Below are positions 50,189 through 58,684 of a stretch of DNA of 64,000 bases, one piece after another. Each line of letters starts with the position of its first letter. Positions within the stretch are counted from its first letter, which is position 1. The position numbers were made by a program, and so were the translations under genes. The stretch covers positions 384,001 through 448,000 of the forward strand of contig CAVUCU010000004.1 in assembly GCA_963740085.1 (NCBI GenBank), read 5' to 3'. The notes under the pieces were generated by a model, which worked only from the letters and a program-made list of their open reading frames with translations, was not told the origin of the DNA and did not search any database. This DNA comes from Nitrospirota bacterium. GTDB lineage: Bacteria; Nitrospirota; UBA9217.

Positions 50189-50446
50189 CAAATGCCAATC
50201 CGGAGACCTTGCACTATTCGAAGCAGACTAACTTTCGCGGAGGAAGGTAGACATAGACCGAAAGCATTGTAGTCTTCACCGGAGCCAGGAGTGAAATGTT
50301 TGCAGTGCCCCGAAATCTATTCAGTTTATCACATGCACGCATCGAACAACCGCATTCATTTGCTGAGGCGCGCTTCTTGTCCACTCCTCCAGTCGCAGGA
50401 TTAAATAAGTTCTTCAACTACGAATACCGGGTACGTCGGAGGCACA

Positions 50447-52474
50447 GTGGTAAACGCGATTACTGAAGAACACCTGAAAGATCTCTTCACGACTGAGACG
50501 TGGCACGACCAATTCACCACACTTTCCGATAGTCTTGGATTTTCTCTCAGCATCTATTCGCCGGATGGAACACTTATCTTCGCTCCTATGCACACTCCTT
50601 CCTTCTGCCAGGGGTTGTGCCTGTCATCCTCCTCATTCAAGTCGAAATGTGAATCCTATTGTCATCCCTTCATGATGAACACGATCGCGGCGGGAAAACC
50701 CGATGTCTTCAAGTGTTATTCAAAGATCATGTGCTTTGCCTTCCCCATCGAATACATGGATGAACATGCAGTGGTAGTGGGCCAGGGCTCCTTCGCTTCG
50801 TACGAGGATTTTCGCGAAAGCGTGAATATTCTTGCTTCCAGCGGCCTTGACACGATTTCCATAACAACACCTCTGGTCTTTACGAGTGTCCAGCAAACGT
50901 GGAAGGTCATGGGTTTTGTGTCTGACTCCGTAGGCCGTCTTCTCAACAACGCCCGGGAAACCGTTGCCCTCAGGAGCAAGATCGAAGGGTTGAAAAGTAT
51001 TATAGTGAAATGGGGTACTTCTGCAGAGGAACGTCCGGAAATCCTTTATAAAGAGATGATAGACAAACTGTCCTCACTGCTCGACATCGAAAGCATTGCC
51101 ATTCTTGTCTTTGACCGCAAGCGGAAACTATATGCAAGTCTCTATAGTCTGTCGAGAAGTATTGGAACGACCGGGGCCCTCACTATCAACGAGCACGATA
51201 CTATTGTGGAGGACCTCACCAGAGGAAAACCGTTTGTCCTTTCAGCGGAACCCGTAAAAGATCCAAGGGCCGCCCTTCTGAACGGCATGGGGGCCCTCTA
51301 TTTTTTCCCCATCATGGTTTTCAAAAAATTAGAAGGGATACTGCGGGTAACCGATAGGGTTCTCAAAGAGAGTGACAAACAAATCATCATAGCATACTGC
51401 CAGCAGTCGGCACTCTCCATAGAGAACCAGCGTCTGCACCAGAATCTTGATAAAAAGTTTGACCGGTTTGCTGAAGTTTCGGAACTAACAAAGACAATAA
51501 CGCACATTCGCAATTATGAAACACTGCTTCAAACGATCCTGGATAAATCCGCAGATCTGCTCAGGGCAGAGCAGGGGTCCCTTATGCTTCTGGACCACGA
51601 AACCGATGACCTGCTCGTGGAGGCTAAAAAGGGTAACATCGATAGAGTGATGGAGAAACTCAGGATCAATCGTGGTGAAGGAATTGCCGGCAGGGTGGCC
51701 GAGTTCGGCGAGGCCATTCTCGTCGAGAACCTTGAAAATGACCCGAGAGTGAAGAAAAAAAACAGACAGCATTACAAAACACGGTCGTTCGTAAGCGTGC
51801 CCCTGAAGATCGATGATCGCATCATCGGCGTGCTCAATTTATCCGACAAGACGACCGGTGAGGTTTTCAATGAAGAAGATCTGAAACTCATTCAGTCCTT
51901 TGCGACCCATGCTGCTATCGTCATGGAGCGGAATGTCTTCTATAATAAAGCGGAGGAGCTTAAAAAGCTGACAATAACCGACTCCCTGACCGGTCTCCTT
52001 AATCGCAGATACCTGAACGATCGGCTGAAGGATGAAGTGGCCCGTTCCGAACGTTATGGTCACCATCTCAGCCTTCTCATGCTGGATCTTGACGGGTTCA
52101 AATATTGCAACGATACGTTGGGGCATCTGTTCGGTGACAAGACACTCAAAGAAATTGCGGAAACATTATTGAACACCGTGAGGTCCATGGACATTGTGGC
52201 GCGGTACGGCGGAGATGAGTTCATGGTGATTCTTCCCGAGACCGAGGAAACATTGGCGATCGATATCGCGGAACGACTGCGAAGCAATGTGGAAAAGTAT
52301 GCAGTGCTTCCCCGGGACGCGTCGGGCAAGGGGCCGTATAAGCTTACATCCAGTATCGGCATCGCGTGCTATCCCGTGCATGGGAAAACGATCGAACTTC
52401 TTCTTGAGAACGTCGATAAAGCTCTGTACCGAGCCAAGAACAAAGGGAAAAACAGGGTAGAGGTGTTTTCATAG
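50447..52474 (+). CDS. PocR-GAF-GAF-GGDEF diguanylate cyclase
   Basis: Cys-containing PocR-like N-terminus, two GAF domains, RSMD I-site and ARYGGDEF. Confidence 0.9.
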   Translation: MVNAITEEHLKDLFTTETWHDQFTTLSDSLGFSLSIYSPDGTLIFAPMHTPSFCQGLCLSSSSFKSKCESYCHPFMMNTIAAGKPDVFKCYSKIMCFAFPIEYMDEHAVVVGQGSFASYEDFRESVNILASSGLDTISITTPLVFTSVQQTWKVMGFVSDSVGRLLNNARETVALRSKIEGLKSIIVKWGTSAEERPEILYKEMIDKLSSLLDIESIAILVFDRKRKLYASLYSLSRSIGTTGALTINEHDTIVEDLTRGKPFVLSAEPVKDPRAALLNGMGALYFFPIMVFKKLEGILRVTDRVLKESDKQIIIAYCQQSALSIENQRLHQNLDKKFDRFAEVSELTKTITHIRNYETLLQTILDKSADLLRAEQGSLMLLDHETDDLLVEAKKGNIDRVMEKLRINRGEGIAGRVAEFGEAILVENLENDPRVKKKNRQHYKTRSFVSVPLKIDDRIIGVLNLSDKTTGEVFNEEDLKLIQSFATHAAIVMERNVFYNKAEELKKLTITDSLTGLLNRRYLNDRLKDEVARSERYGHHLSLLMLDLDGFKYCNDTLGHLFGDKTLKEIAETLLNTVRSMDIVARYGGDEFMVILPETEETLAIDIAERLRSNVEKYAVLPRDASGKGPYKLTSSIGIACYPVHGKTIELLLENVDKALYRAKNKGKNRVEVFS

Positions 52475-52475
52475 C

Positions 52476-54146
52476 ATGCCATTCAATTCTCTCCAGGAAA
52501 AGGATTTTTTCGGAAGACTGCAAGAGCAGGCCAGCCTTTTCAAAAGGGTTCTCCTGGCGGAGAGGGGACAGGCGCAAAGCGCTGTTCTCTCCGGGCAACG
52601 GGGCATCGGAAAAACAGAACTGCTTAAGCATCTATTCGTTCAGCTATTCTGGAAACAGGACCGGGTAGTCCCTTTCTGGTATGCGGTCAATCCTGCACTG
52701 TTGTCTGTAACAGCCTTTTCCAAAACCTATCTGGCCCGGTTTATTTGCCAAAGACTCGCCTTCCCAAAAAAAGAGCAAGCCCTTTTTTATCAGGATGGGA
52801 TATCATTGGATGCCCTGTCCTCTCTCGTGGAAGAGCGGGAGGCCTTGTGGGCAAAGGAGATTCTTGACCAGTATGTACAATGCTCCGGAGATCCCCTCGA
52901 TGCGCTCCGCATTGCACTTTCGGCTCCGCACCGGTCGGCGCTGTCGACCGGAATGCCTGTAGCCGTTCTGATCGATGATTTTCACTGGATAAGGGGCCTC
53001 CATCTTGGTGGTATCCCTGATCACCGTCTGGCCTCACTTTTTCAAGAACCGATGGCATATAGAAAATCGCCCCACATGATCTCGGGCAGCATGGCCGAAC
53101 TCCAGGAGATGCCCGTGGTAAGTGGACTCGAGCGGATTCAGCTGCAAGCGCTTGGACACGAGGCAACCTCGTCAATGGTTCTTTCTCTTATGAATGCACA
53201 TGAGGCTGAAGGCAGCGTGCCTCCTCTCCTTATTCGTCATCTTGGGGGAAACCCGTATTATATCGGGTGTGTCGTCAACAGGGCGTGCGAGAAAAAGAAT
53301 CCCGACGAAAAGGATTTTTGGAATGCCTACGTTCAAGAGATCATGGAGGGAACACTAGCCCACTCCTGGTCAAAGGTCTTGAAGGGCTATTTCCCGGACC
53401 TGGGGCAGAGGAGAACCGCCCTCGCAATGATCTCTAAAATCTATCATACATCGGAAGCTCTTTCCTGCCAACGGATCGCGAAGGTCTTTTCACTGTCGGA
53501 CAGCCATGCGCATGAGATAGTGCATGCTCTGTATCTCTCCGGTTTTATTCGTGGAGAGTTCGGTACGTTCAGGGCAATGGAAGACCGGGTATTGCGTGAT
53601 GTCGTCGACAGTCTCTCCATGAGAGAAATACTGGCGAAGTCCACTCACGACAGGGAAGGCCACTTTCTTGAAGCGCTGGTACCGCAAATGGAAAAGGTCG
53701 TGCGTTTTGACATGACATTGCCGGTTGCCAGAGATGCGGAGCTCGTTGTTGCCCAGAGCCTTGAGCAGATCGGCAAAAACCTTAACATCAATCAGGAGGC
53801 CATCGGTCAACTGCAAATAGCTGTGATCGAGGCCTGCATCAACGCGATTGAACACGGCAGGGGCATGGAGGATAAAGTCTATGTCAGCATTGTCGCTGAA
53901 GAGGACCATCTGGAGGTTTCGGTCGAAAGTGCCGGACAGGAGTTTATCATCCAGGAAACAGGAGAACCTTACCGGGACCAGGAGGCTTCGAAAACAGAGG
54001 GAAGAGGATGGGGTATAAAACTAATAAAACGTTTCGTGGATCAGGTCAAATTTGAAAAAACCACGTATGGCACAAAAATAGTGCTCGTCAAAAAAATCGA
54101 AAAGTCTGCAGACATACACAAGGAGGATACGGCAAACCGTGAGTAA
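52476..54146 (+). CDS. P-loop ATPase fused to C-terminal RsbW-like anti-sigma kinase domain
   Basis: FFGR, Walker A GQRGIGKT, Walker B LIDDFH, GGNPYY; C-terminal IAVIEACINAIEHG..GRGWGIKLIKRFVD. Confidence 0.8.
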   Translation: MPFNSLQEKDFFGRLQEQASLFKRVLLAERGQAQSAVLSGQRGIGKTELLKHLFVQLFWKQDRVVPFWYAVNPALLSVTAFSKTYLARFICQRLAFPKKEQALFYQDGISLDALSSLVEEREALWAKEILDQYVQCSGDPLDALRIALSAPHRSALSTGMPVAVLIDDFHWIRGLHLGGIPDHRLASLFQEPMAYRKSPHMISGSMAELQEMPVVSGLERIQLQALGHEATSSMVLSLMNAHEAEGSVPPLLIRHLGGNPYYIGCVVNRACEKKNPDEKDFWNAYVQEIMEGTLAHSWSKVLKGYFPDLGQRRTALAMISKIYHTSEALSCQRIAKVFSLSDSHAHEIVHALYLSGFIRGEFGTFRAMEDRVLRDVVDSLSMREILAKSTHDREGHFLEALVPQMEKVVRFDMTLPVARDAELVVAQSLEQIGKNLNINQEAIGQLQIAVIEACINAIEHGRGMEDKVYVSIVAEEDHLEVSVESAGQEFIIQETGEPYRDQEASKTEGRGWGIKLIKRFVDQVKFEKTTYGTKIVLVKKIEKSADIHKEDTANRE

Positions 54147-54492
54147 TTTTTCTTTATCATCCAGATCAGAACGGGACATCTCCGTCATGATGCCCAAAGG
54201 ATATATCAATAACATCGGGGCAGAACATCTCGAATCTACGAGTGAAAAGTTTATCGACAAAGGATCTAAAAAGCTTATCGTTAATTTTTCCGACGTTCAA
54301 TTTATCAACACCATCGGTTTGTCCATATTCTTAAGCATCGTTCAGAATACGCTGGACGCCAACAGTTTGCTCTGTTTCACAAATATGAAAAAAGACCATC
54401 GTGAGATGTTCGAGATGGCTGGATTGATGAAGCATGTCAAGGTATTTAAAGATGAGAAGGACGCCCTCAATTATCTGAACGGGAGAAATTAA
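54139..54492 (+). CDS. STAS-domain anti-anti-sigma factor (RsbV/SpoIIAA-like)
   Basis: GYIN, LIVNFSDVQFINTIGLS, FEMAGL. Confidence 0.85.
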   Translation: MSNFSLSSRSERDISVMMPKGYINNIGAEHLESTSEKFIDKGSKKLIVNFSDVQFINTIGLSIFLSIVQNTLDANSLLCFTNMKKDHREMFEMAGLMKHVKVFKDEKDALNYLNGRN

Positions 54493-54493
54493 G

Positions 54494-55717
54494 ATGTCCG
54501 CGAGCAAGCTGCATCTCAAACGGCTGTTGTTCAGCATGGCATCGCTCGTCGATCTTGGACAGGAGGCAACGTCCTCGAAGGACCTGTCCTCAAAGATGAA
54601 ATCCGCACTCTACGTGATTACCGGAACATTTTCCGTTCCGGCAGCGGCCCTGTTTGTATACCGCCCCCAGCAGAGAACTCTCCAGCTTCTTGTGGAAAAG
54701 GGTTACAAAAAGATCGCCCTCCGTGATATGAAATTATCCGTTCTGCCAAAGCACATTGATCATTTCAATGCAAACGAACCTCACCCCATTCATGAGCTTG
54801 TCAAGGGTTCTTTTTATGAACGGAACGAAGAGATGTTTTCAAAGCTGCATGCGAGATTGTTCATCCCGCTCTTTGCAAAAGATGAGTTCGTCGGCGCTAT
54901 TTCTCTCGGCAAGAAACTCGGCCGAGCCTCATTCCGGCAGAGCGAGAAAGACGTTCTCCGGGTGGTCGCTCATCAAATGGCAATAACGTTGTATAATGCG
55001 ATGTTATTTCTAGAGCTCACCAAAAAAGCGGCGGAAAACAAGAAGCTGTATGAAAGCATGCGGCGCATTTATCATGACACCATCCAGGCATTTTCAGCTG
55101 CCATCGATGCAAAGGATGGGTATACCAAGAACCATTCCTACCGTGTGGCATGTTATGCTGTCGCTATCGCACGGGAACTCGGATGGAAGAAGAAAGAGGT
55201 GGAGGGTATCTATGTTGCCGGCCTGCTTCATGATATCGGGAAGATCATTATTGACACCAGGGTCATCAAAAAAGGAGAAGGGCTTACGACACCGGAGATA
55301 AACGAAATTAGAAGACATCCCCAGATATCGTACGATATACTCTCAAAGATAAACTTCCCCTGGAGAAATATTGAACGGTTTGTCCTGCACCATCATGAGC
55401 GGATGGATGGGAAGGGATATCCGGATGCGCTCCGGTCAACGGAACTGAGCGACGGCGAAAAGATCCTGACACTCGTTGATGCATTTGATGCTATGACAAC
55501 AGACCGTCCGTATCGGGATAAACTGGGGCTCGATGAAGCATTTCGAGAAGTAATTAAATGCGGCGGCACACAATTTGATGAACAGATCACAAAGACGTTC
55601 TTCGATTTACTGCATAAAGAGTTGAAAGGGGAGGTTAAAGAACTGCAGATACTTCCGCATTTGCAGCAGATCGATGTAAGCGCCTTCAGGGAAAATGAAT
55701 CAGGCCGCGGAATGTGA
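54494..55717 (+). CDS. GAF + HD-GYP cyclic-dinucleotide phosphodiesterase
   Basis: HSYRV, LLHDIGK, HHERMDGKGYP, DAFDAMTTDRPYR. Confidence 0.9.
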   Translation: MSASKLHLKRLLFSMASLVDLGQEATSSKDLSSKMKSALYVITGTFSVPAAALFVYRPQQRTLQLLVEKGYKKIALRDMKLSVLPKHIDHFNANEPHPIHELVKGSFYERNEEMFSKLHARLFIPLFAKDEFVGAISLGKKLGRASFRQSEKDVLRVVAHQMAITLYNAMLFLELTKKAAENKKLYESMRRIYHDTIQAFSAAIDAKDGYTKNHSYRVACYAVAIARELGWKKKEVEGIYVAGLLHDIGKIIIDTRVIKKGEGLTTPEINEIRRHPQISYDILSKINFPWRNIERFVLHHHERMDGKGYPDALRSTELSDGEKILTLVDAFDAMTTDRPYRDKLGLDEAFREVIKCGGTQFDEQITKTFFDLLHKELKGEVKELQILPHLQQIDVSAFRENESGRGM

Positions 55718-55797
55718 TAAACCCGAGCTGCTATTCAGACACAAAGAGAAAATTATTGCCCTCATGATCCGAGGGAAGACATCCGCTTAATTCCATT

Positions 55798-55986
55798 TCA
55801 ATAACAACCAAAAAACCCTGGATATAACCCGTTCAGCGATGACTGTTCTGTTATCGGGGGGACGTTCGAAGGGGCATATTTTCTGCGGTCTAATCCAGAT
55901 CTTCTATCTTTATCGCTTCTCCGTTCAGGACCCTTGTAGTTCGGATCATTAAACTTTCTCCGGTTTTGACCTGATCGTCTAAGCAT
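55798..55986 (-). CDS. Small Arg-rich protein with (D/E/N)RR repeats
   Basis: RRSGQNRR..GPERRSDKDRRSGLDRRK; preceded by a sigma54-like promoter. Confidence 0.5.
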   Translation of the reverse strand: MLRRSGQNRRKFNDPNYKGPERRSDKDRRSGLDRRKYAPSNVPPITEQSSLNGLYPGFFGCY

Positions 55987-56036
55987 ATGAGCTCTTATGC
56001 GCTCCTCATGGTATGGCTTTATCCCTCAAGATTAGA

Positions 56037-56129
56037 TGCAAATTTAATGCTATTATATAATGCATTGTTATTATGAACAATGTATTTTTACCTTCTAACA
56101 CTACCTCCAATATGTAAAATATTACGTCA
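56037..56129 (-). promoter_or_regulatory. sigma54-like promoter (degenerate -24) with enhancer-like box
   Basis: Minus strand TAGCAT-N5-TTGCA (56052-56037); TGT-N11-TCA at 56113-56129, 61 bp away. Confidence 0.45.
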
Positions 56130-56722
56130 TATTTGTTAGAAATTCTGTTTACTGATTATGTGTACTTACATGATTAGAACAAGATGATATCTATAGATTG
56201 TCGAAAAAGATATTTGGTTATTCGAATGGTGTAATGCGCTGCCGAAATGACGAGAGTGACAATTCAATGTGAAGTATTTGTCAGAATGCTCATTGTGATG
56301 TTGAATAATAAGTCAAAGAAGTTTTTCTGATATTAAAGCGTCCTTCATGTTATTTCAATGTAATATACCCCGTGTAGTCTGTCCGTTTGTGGGTACTTAA
56401 TTGCATGTTCGCTGTTAATTCTTCATTCAATCTGTTTCCCGAATGTTATCTAAGTTGGCGCTTGTCCCAGGTGTGCATTTATTTTTTTGGGCAGCTCATC
56501 ACTCGGCCACGCAGCATGCCGGGACAGATAGATATACAGTACCTCCACCCTGATATGCAGGACTCGCATCACTCCACCCTCGCCCTTTAAAAAAGGGCTC
56601 GGCCGTGTCTGCCTTGTCGTGTTCTTGTAACTATGATCTGTGCAGCATTGCCAGGCGTGTCTCTCGCGTCAGAGCTACCCGGCGCAGGGGAACGGCAGAA
56701 CTCTTTGCCTTTCCAGAACCCC

Positions 56723-56924
56723 CTGCATCCCATGAACAGGTTCGCGCACAGGCATGCCGAGGTAGAAAAGACCGAAGTTGCCACAAAGCCAGGCAGACAC
56801 ACCGTGCTCTTGCGATAACGCGGGTGCAGGCGGCCAATCTAAGGGAAGTGCTGCGAGATGCTCGAAAGGCTTGTTATCAGTACCGGCAATCATGCCCTGC
56901 GCGGAGCTGTGAACTGGGGTGCAG
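56723..56924 (+). ncRNA. Candidate structured ncRNA, copy 2
   Basis: Homologous to 2512-2692(-); same stems, longer apical insert, followed by an A-run and ATCGTG as in copy 1. Confidence 0.55.
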
Positions 56925-57032
56925 AAAAAAATAGGATCGTGACATGTGCCGAATGAGAAACAGATAAAAGCGACCCACACAAAACCCGGAAGACCCATAA
57001 TTGTAAGAGCATTATAACTTCACGATCTCATC

Positions 57033-57353
57033 TTATTTTCTGAATTTTGTGGCAAAGAGGCCAAGGCCCAACAGGCAACTGCCTAACAACAGCATCGTGC
57101 CGGGCTCAAGAACCTTCCTCACCATTTCAATATCTGTGCAAGATATAGAATATGATCTTGCCTCCCCGGCGCCCCCTATACCGTCCGCAACGATGAACGT
57201 CCCGTTTGGCAGGCCATCACGCGACCATTTCACACGAGAGTCAATATGTTGCGCGGAAGTGTCAATTAACAAGTTGTCAAAGTTCGCCCGTGCAGACAAA
57301 GGCATAATGAGAAATAATACAACCAATGCCGATACCCTTAATACTTTTATCAC
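57033..57353 (-). CDS. Small PEP-CTERM-like protein
   Basis: Signal peptide; C-terminal VLEPGTMLLLGSCLLGLGLFATKFRK (PEP-like motif, TM, basic tail). Confidence 0.7.
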   Translation of the reverse strand: MIKVLRVSALVVLFLIMPLSARANFDNLLIDTSAQHIDSRVKWSRDGLPNGTFIVADGIGGAGEARSYSISCTDIEMVRKVLEPGTMLLLGSCLLGLGLFATKFRK

Positions 57354-57432
57354 TATATTTTACCTATCCAACACCTAAATTCGACATAATAGTATGAGGC
57401 AGGTGAAAGAATAAAAAACATATATTTTGGTA

Positions 57433-57480
57433 TTGACAGCATGAATTAGTCAGTTTATAATCATGTCAGCTAAATTGACA
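57433..57480 (+). promoter_or_regulatory. Consensus sigma70 promoter of the EPS genes plus palindromic operator
   Basis: TTGACA-17-TATAAT (57433-57461); TGTCA-N7-TGACA at 57464-57480. Confidence 0.75.
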
Positions 57481-57529
57481 CTTTAATGATAATCTTAATA
57501 TAAGTAATTGCTTTGTATATTCAGTAAAT

Positions 57530-57622
57530 TGCAATGACAATGCCAATTTATAGTATGTTGAATATTAATAATAATTTGAGATATACTAAGTGTAAAACCT
57601 TTTAGTGTAAAGAACACCAACA
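57530..57622 (-). promoter_or_regulatory. sigma54 promoter with TGT-N11-ACA enhancer for the PEP-CTERM-like gene
   Basis: Minus strand TGGCAT-N5-TTGCA (57545-57530); TGT-N11-ACA at 57606-57622. Confidence 0.7.
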
Positions 57623-57655
57623 GCTCTTAGAGGGTAAAGAAAGCTGGTTACCGAC

Positions 57656-58510
57656 ATGAGAAAAAAAATATTCTTAATTGTATTTGTACTTTTGTTTGCG
57701 TCGACGGTATCGGCTGCTGATTATCTGATCGGGGAAGGAGATACGCTTATGATCTCCGTTTGGGGAGAGAAGGACCTGAGCCTCCCGGCGGTGATAGTCC
57801 GTCCCGATGGGAAGATCACGATCCCCGCCGTAGGCGAAGTTATAGCCGCTAATTCCACGGTAAAGGATCTTCAAACGACGCTTACCGGAAAAATCGGGAG
57901 GATCGTTAAAAACCCCATTGTGACAGTCATGGTCACTGGTATCACGAACAATAAGGTCTATCTGTTCGGAGGAGGCGTCAGCTCCCGTGTGTATAGTCTG
58001 ACCCAGAGAACGACACTGCTCCAGCTTCTGTGCCAGTTAGGAGATCAGCAGACCCCCGCGGACGGCTCAACCGGTGTTGCTGGAACATCCAATAGTGCTC
58101 GAGACGTTGATTTAAAGAACGCCTACGTGCTCAGAAACGGCAAAAAAATAAAGCAGAACTTTTACGATCTCTTCGTCGGCGGAAATATTGCCGAGGATGT
58201 GGTCATAGAACCGAACGATGTTGTTTTCATTCCCGGCTACAATGACAAGAATGTGTATGTAATGGGCGCCGTGAATACGCCACGGTCGATCACCTATCGT
58301 GATGGTCTTACCGTCATGGCGGCAATTCTCGAAGCAGGGGGATTCACGAAATACGCGAGCCAGAACGATACTACGATCTATCGGAAAAATGGCGCCCATG
58401 AGACCACGATAACCGTCAAGATAAAAAAACTGATCAATGACGGCGACCTCTCCCAGAACGCCCGTCTCCAGCCGGGCGATTATATTGTTGTCAAGGAAAG
58501 CATATTTTAG
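57656..58510 (+). CDS. Polysaccharide export protein (Wza/GumB-like, SLBB domains)
   Basis: YLIGEGD-L-I-VWGE..VRPDGKIT-P; VYVMGAV..AGGFT..LQPGD. Confidence 0.9.
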   Translation: MRKKIFLIVFVLLFASTVSAADYLIGEGDTLMISVWGEKDLSLPAVIVRPDGKITIPAVGEVIAANSTVKDLQTTLTGKIGRIVKNPIVTVMVTGITNNKVYLFGGGVSSRVYSLTQRTTLLQLLCQLGDQQTPADGSTGVAGTSNSARDVDLKNAYVLRNGKKIKQNFYDLFVGGNIAEDVVIEPNDVVFIPGYNDKNVYVMGAVNTPRSITYRDGLTVMAAILEAGGFTKYASQNDTTIYRKNGAHETTITVKIKKLINDGDLSQNARLQPGDYIVVKESIF

Positions 58511-58543
58511 TTGGTACGGGATACAATTCCTCTCGAAATGGGA

Positions 58544-58677
58544 AAAAATTCGGCAACAAAGGCCACCGAGAACACTGGAAAGACTTATAGTAATCGCATG
58601 TCAATAAGATTTATTATACTTTACCGCGTTATTCTGTAGCAATTAGATCGTTGGTTCCGGCTCGACAAGGTTAGGAG
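58544..58677. mobile_element. Degenerate MITE-like family B element
   Basis: Ends TTCCGGCTCGACAAGGTTAGGAG, which supplies the SD of the next gene. Confidence 0.4.
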
Positions 58678-58684
58678 AACAGAC

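Noticed and set aside
50190-50446. c-di-GMP riboswitch in the DGC leader
   Set aside because: GEMM-I/II consensus elements not found by eye.
49279-50446. Prophage or integrative element at tRNA-Arg
   Set aside because: No integrase, phage or transposase gene in the window.
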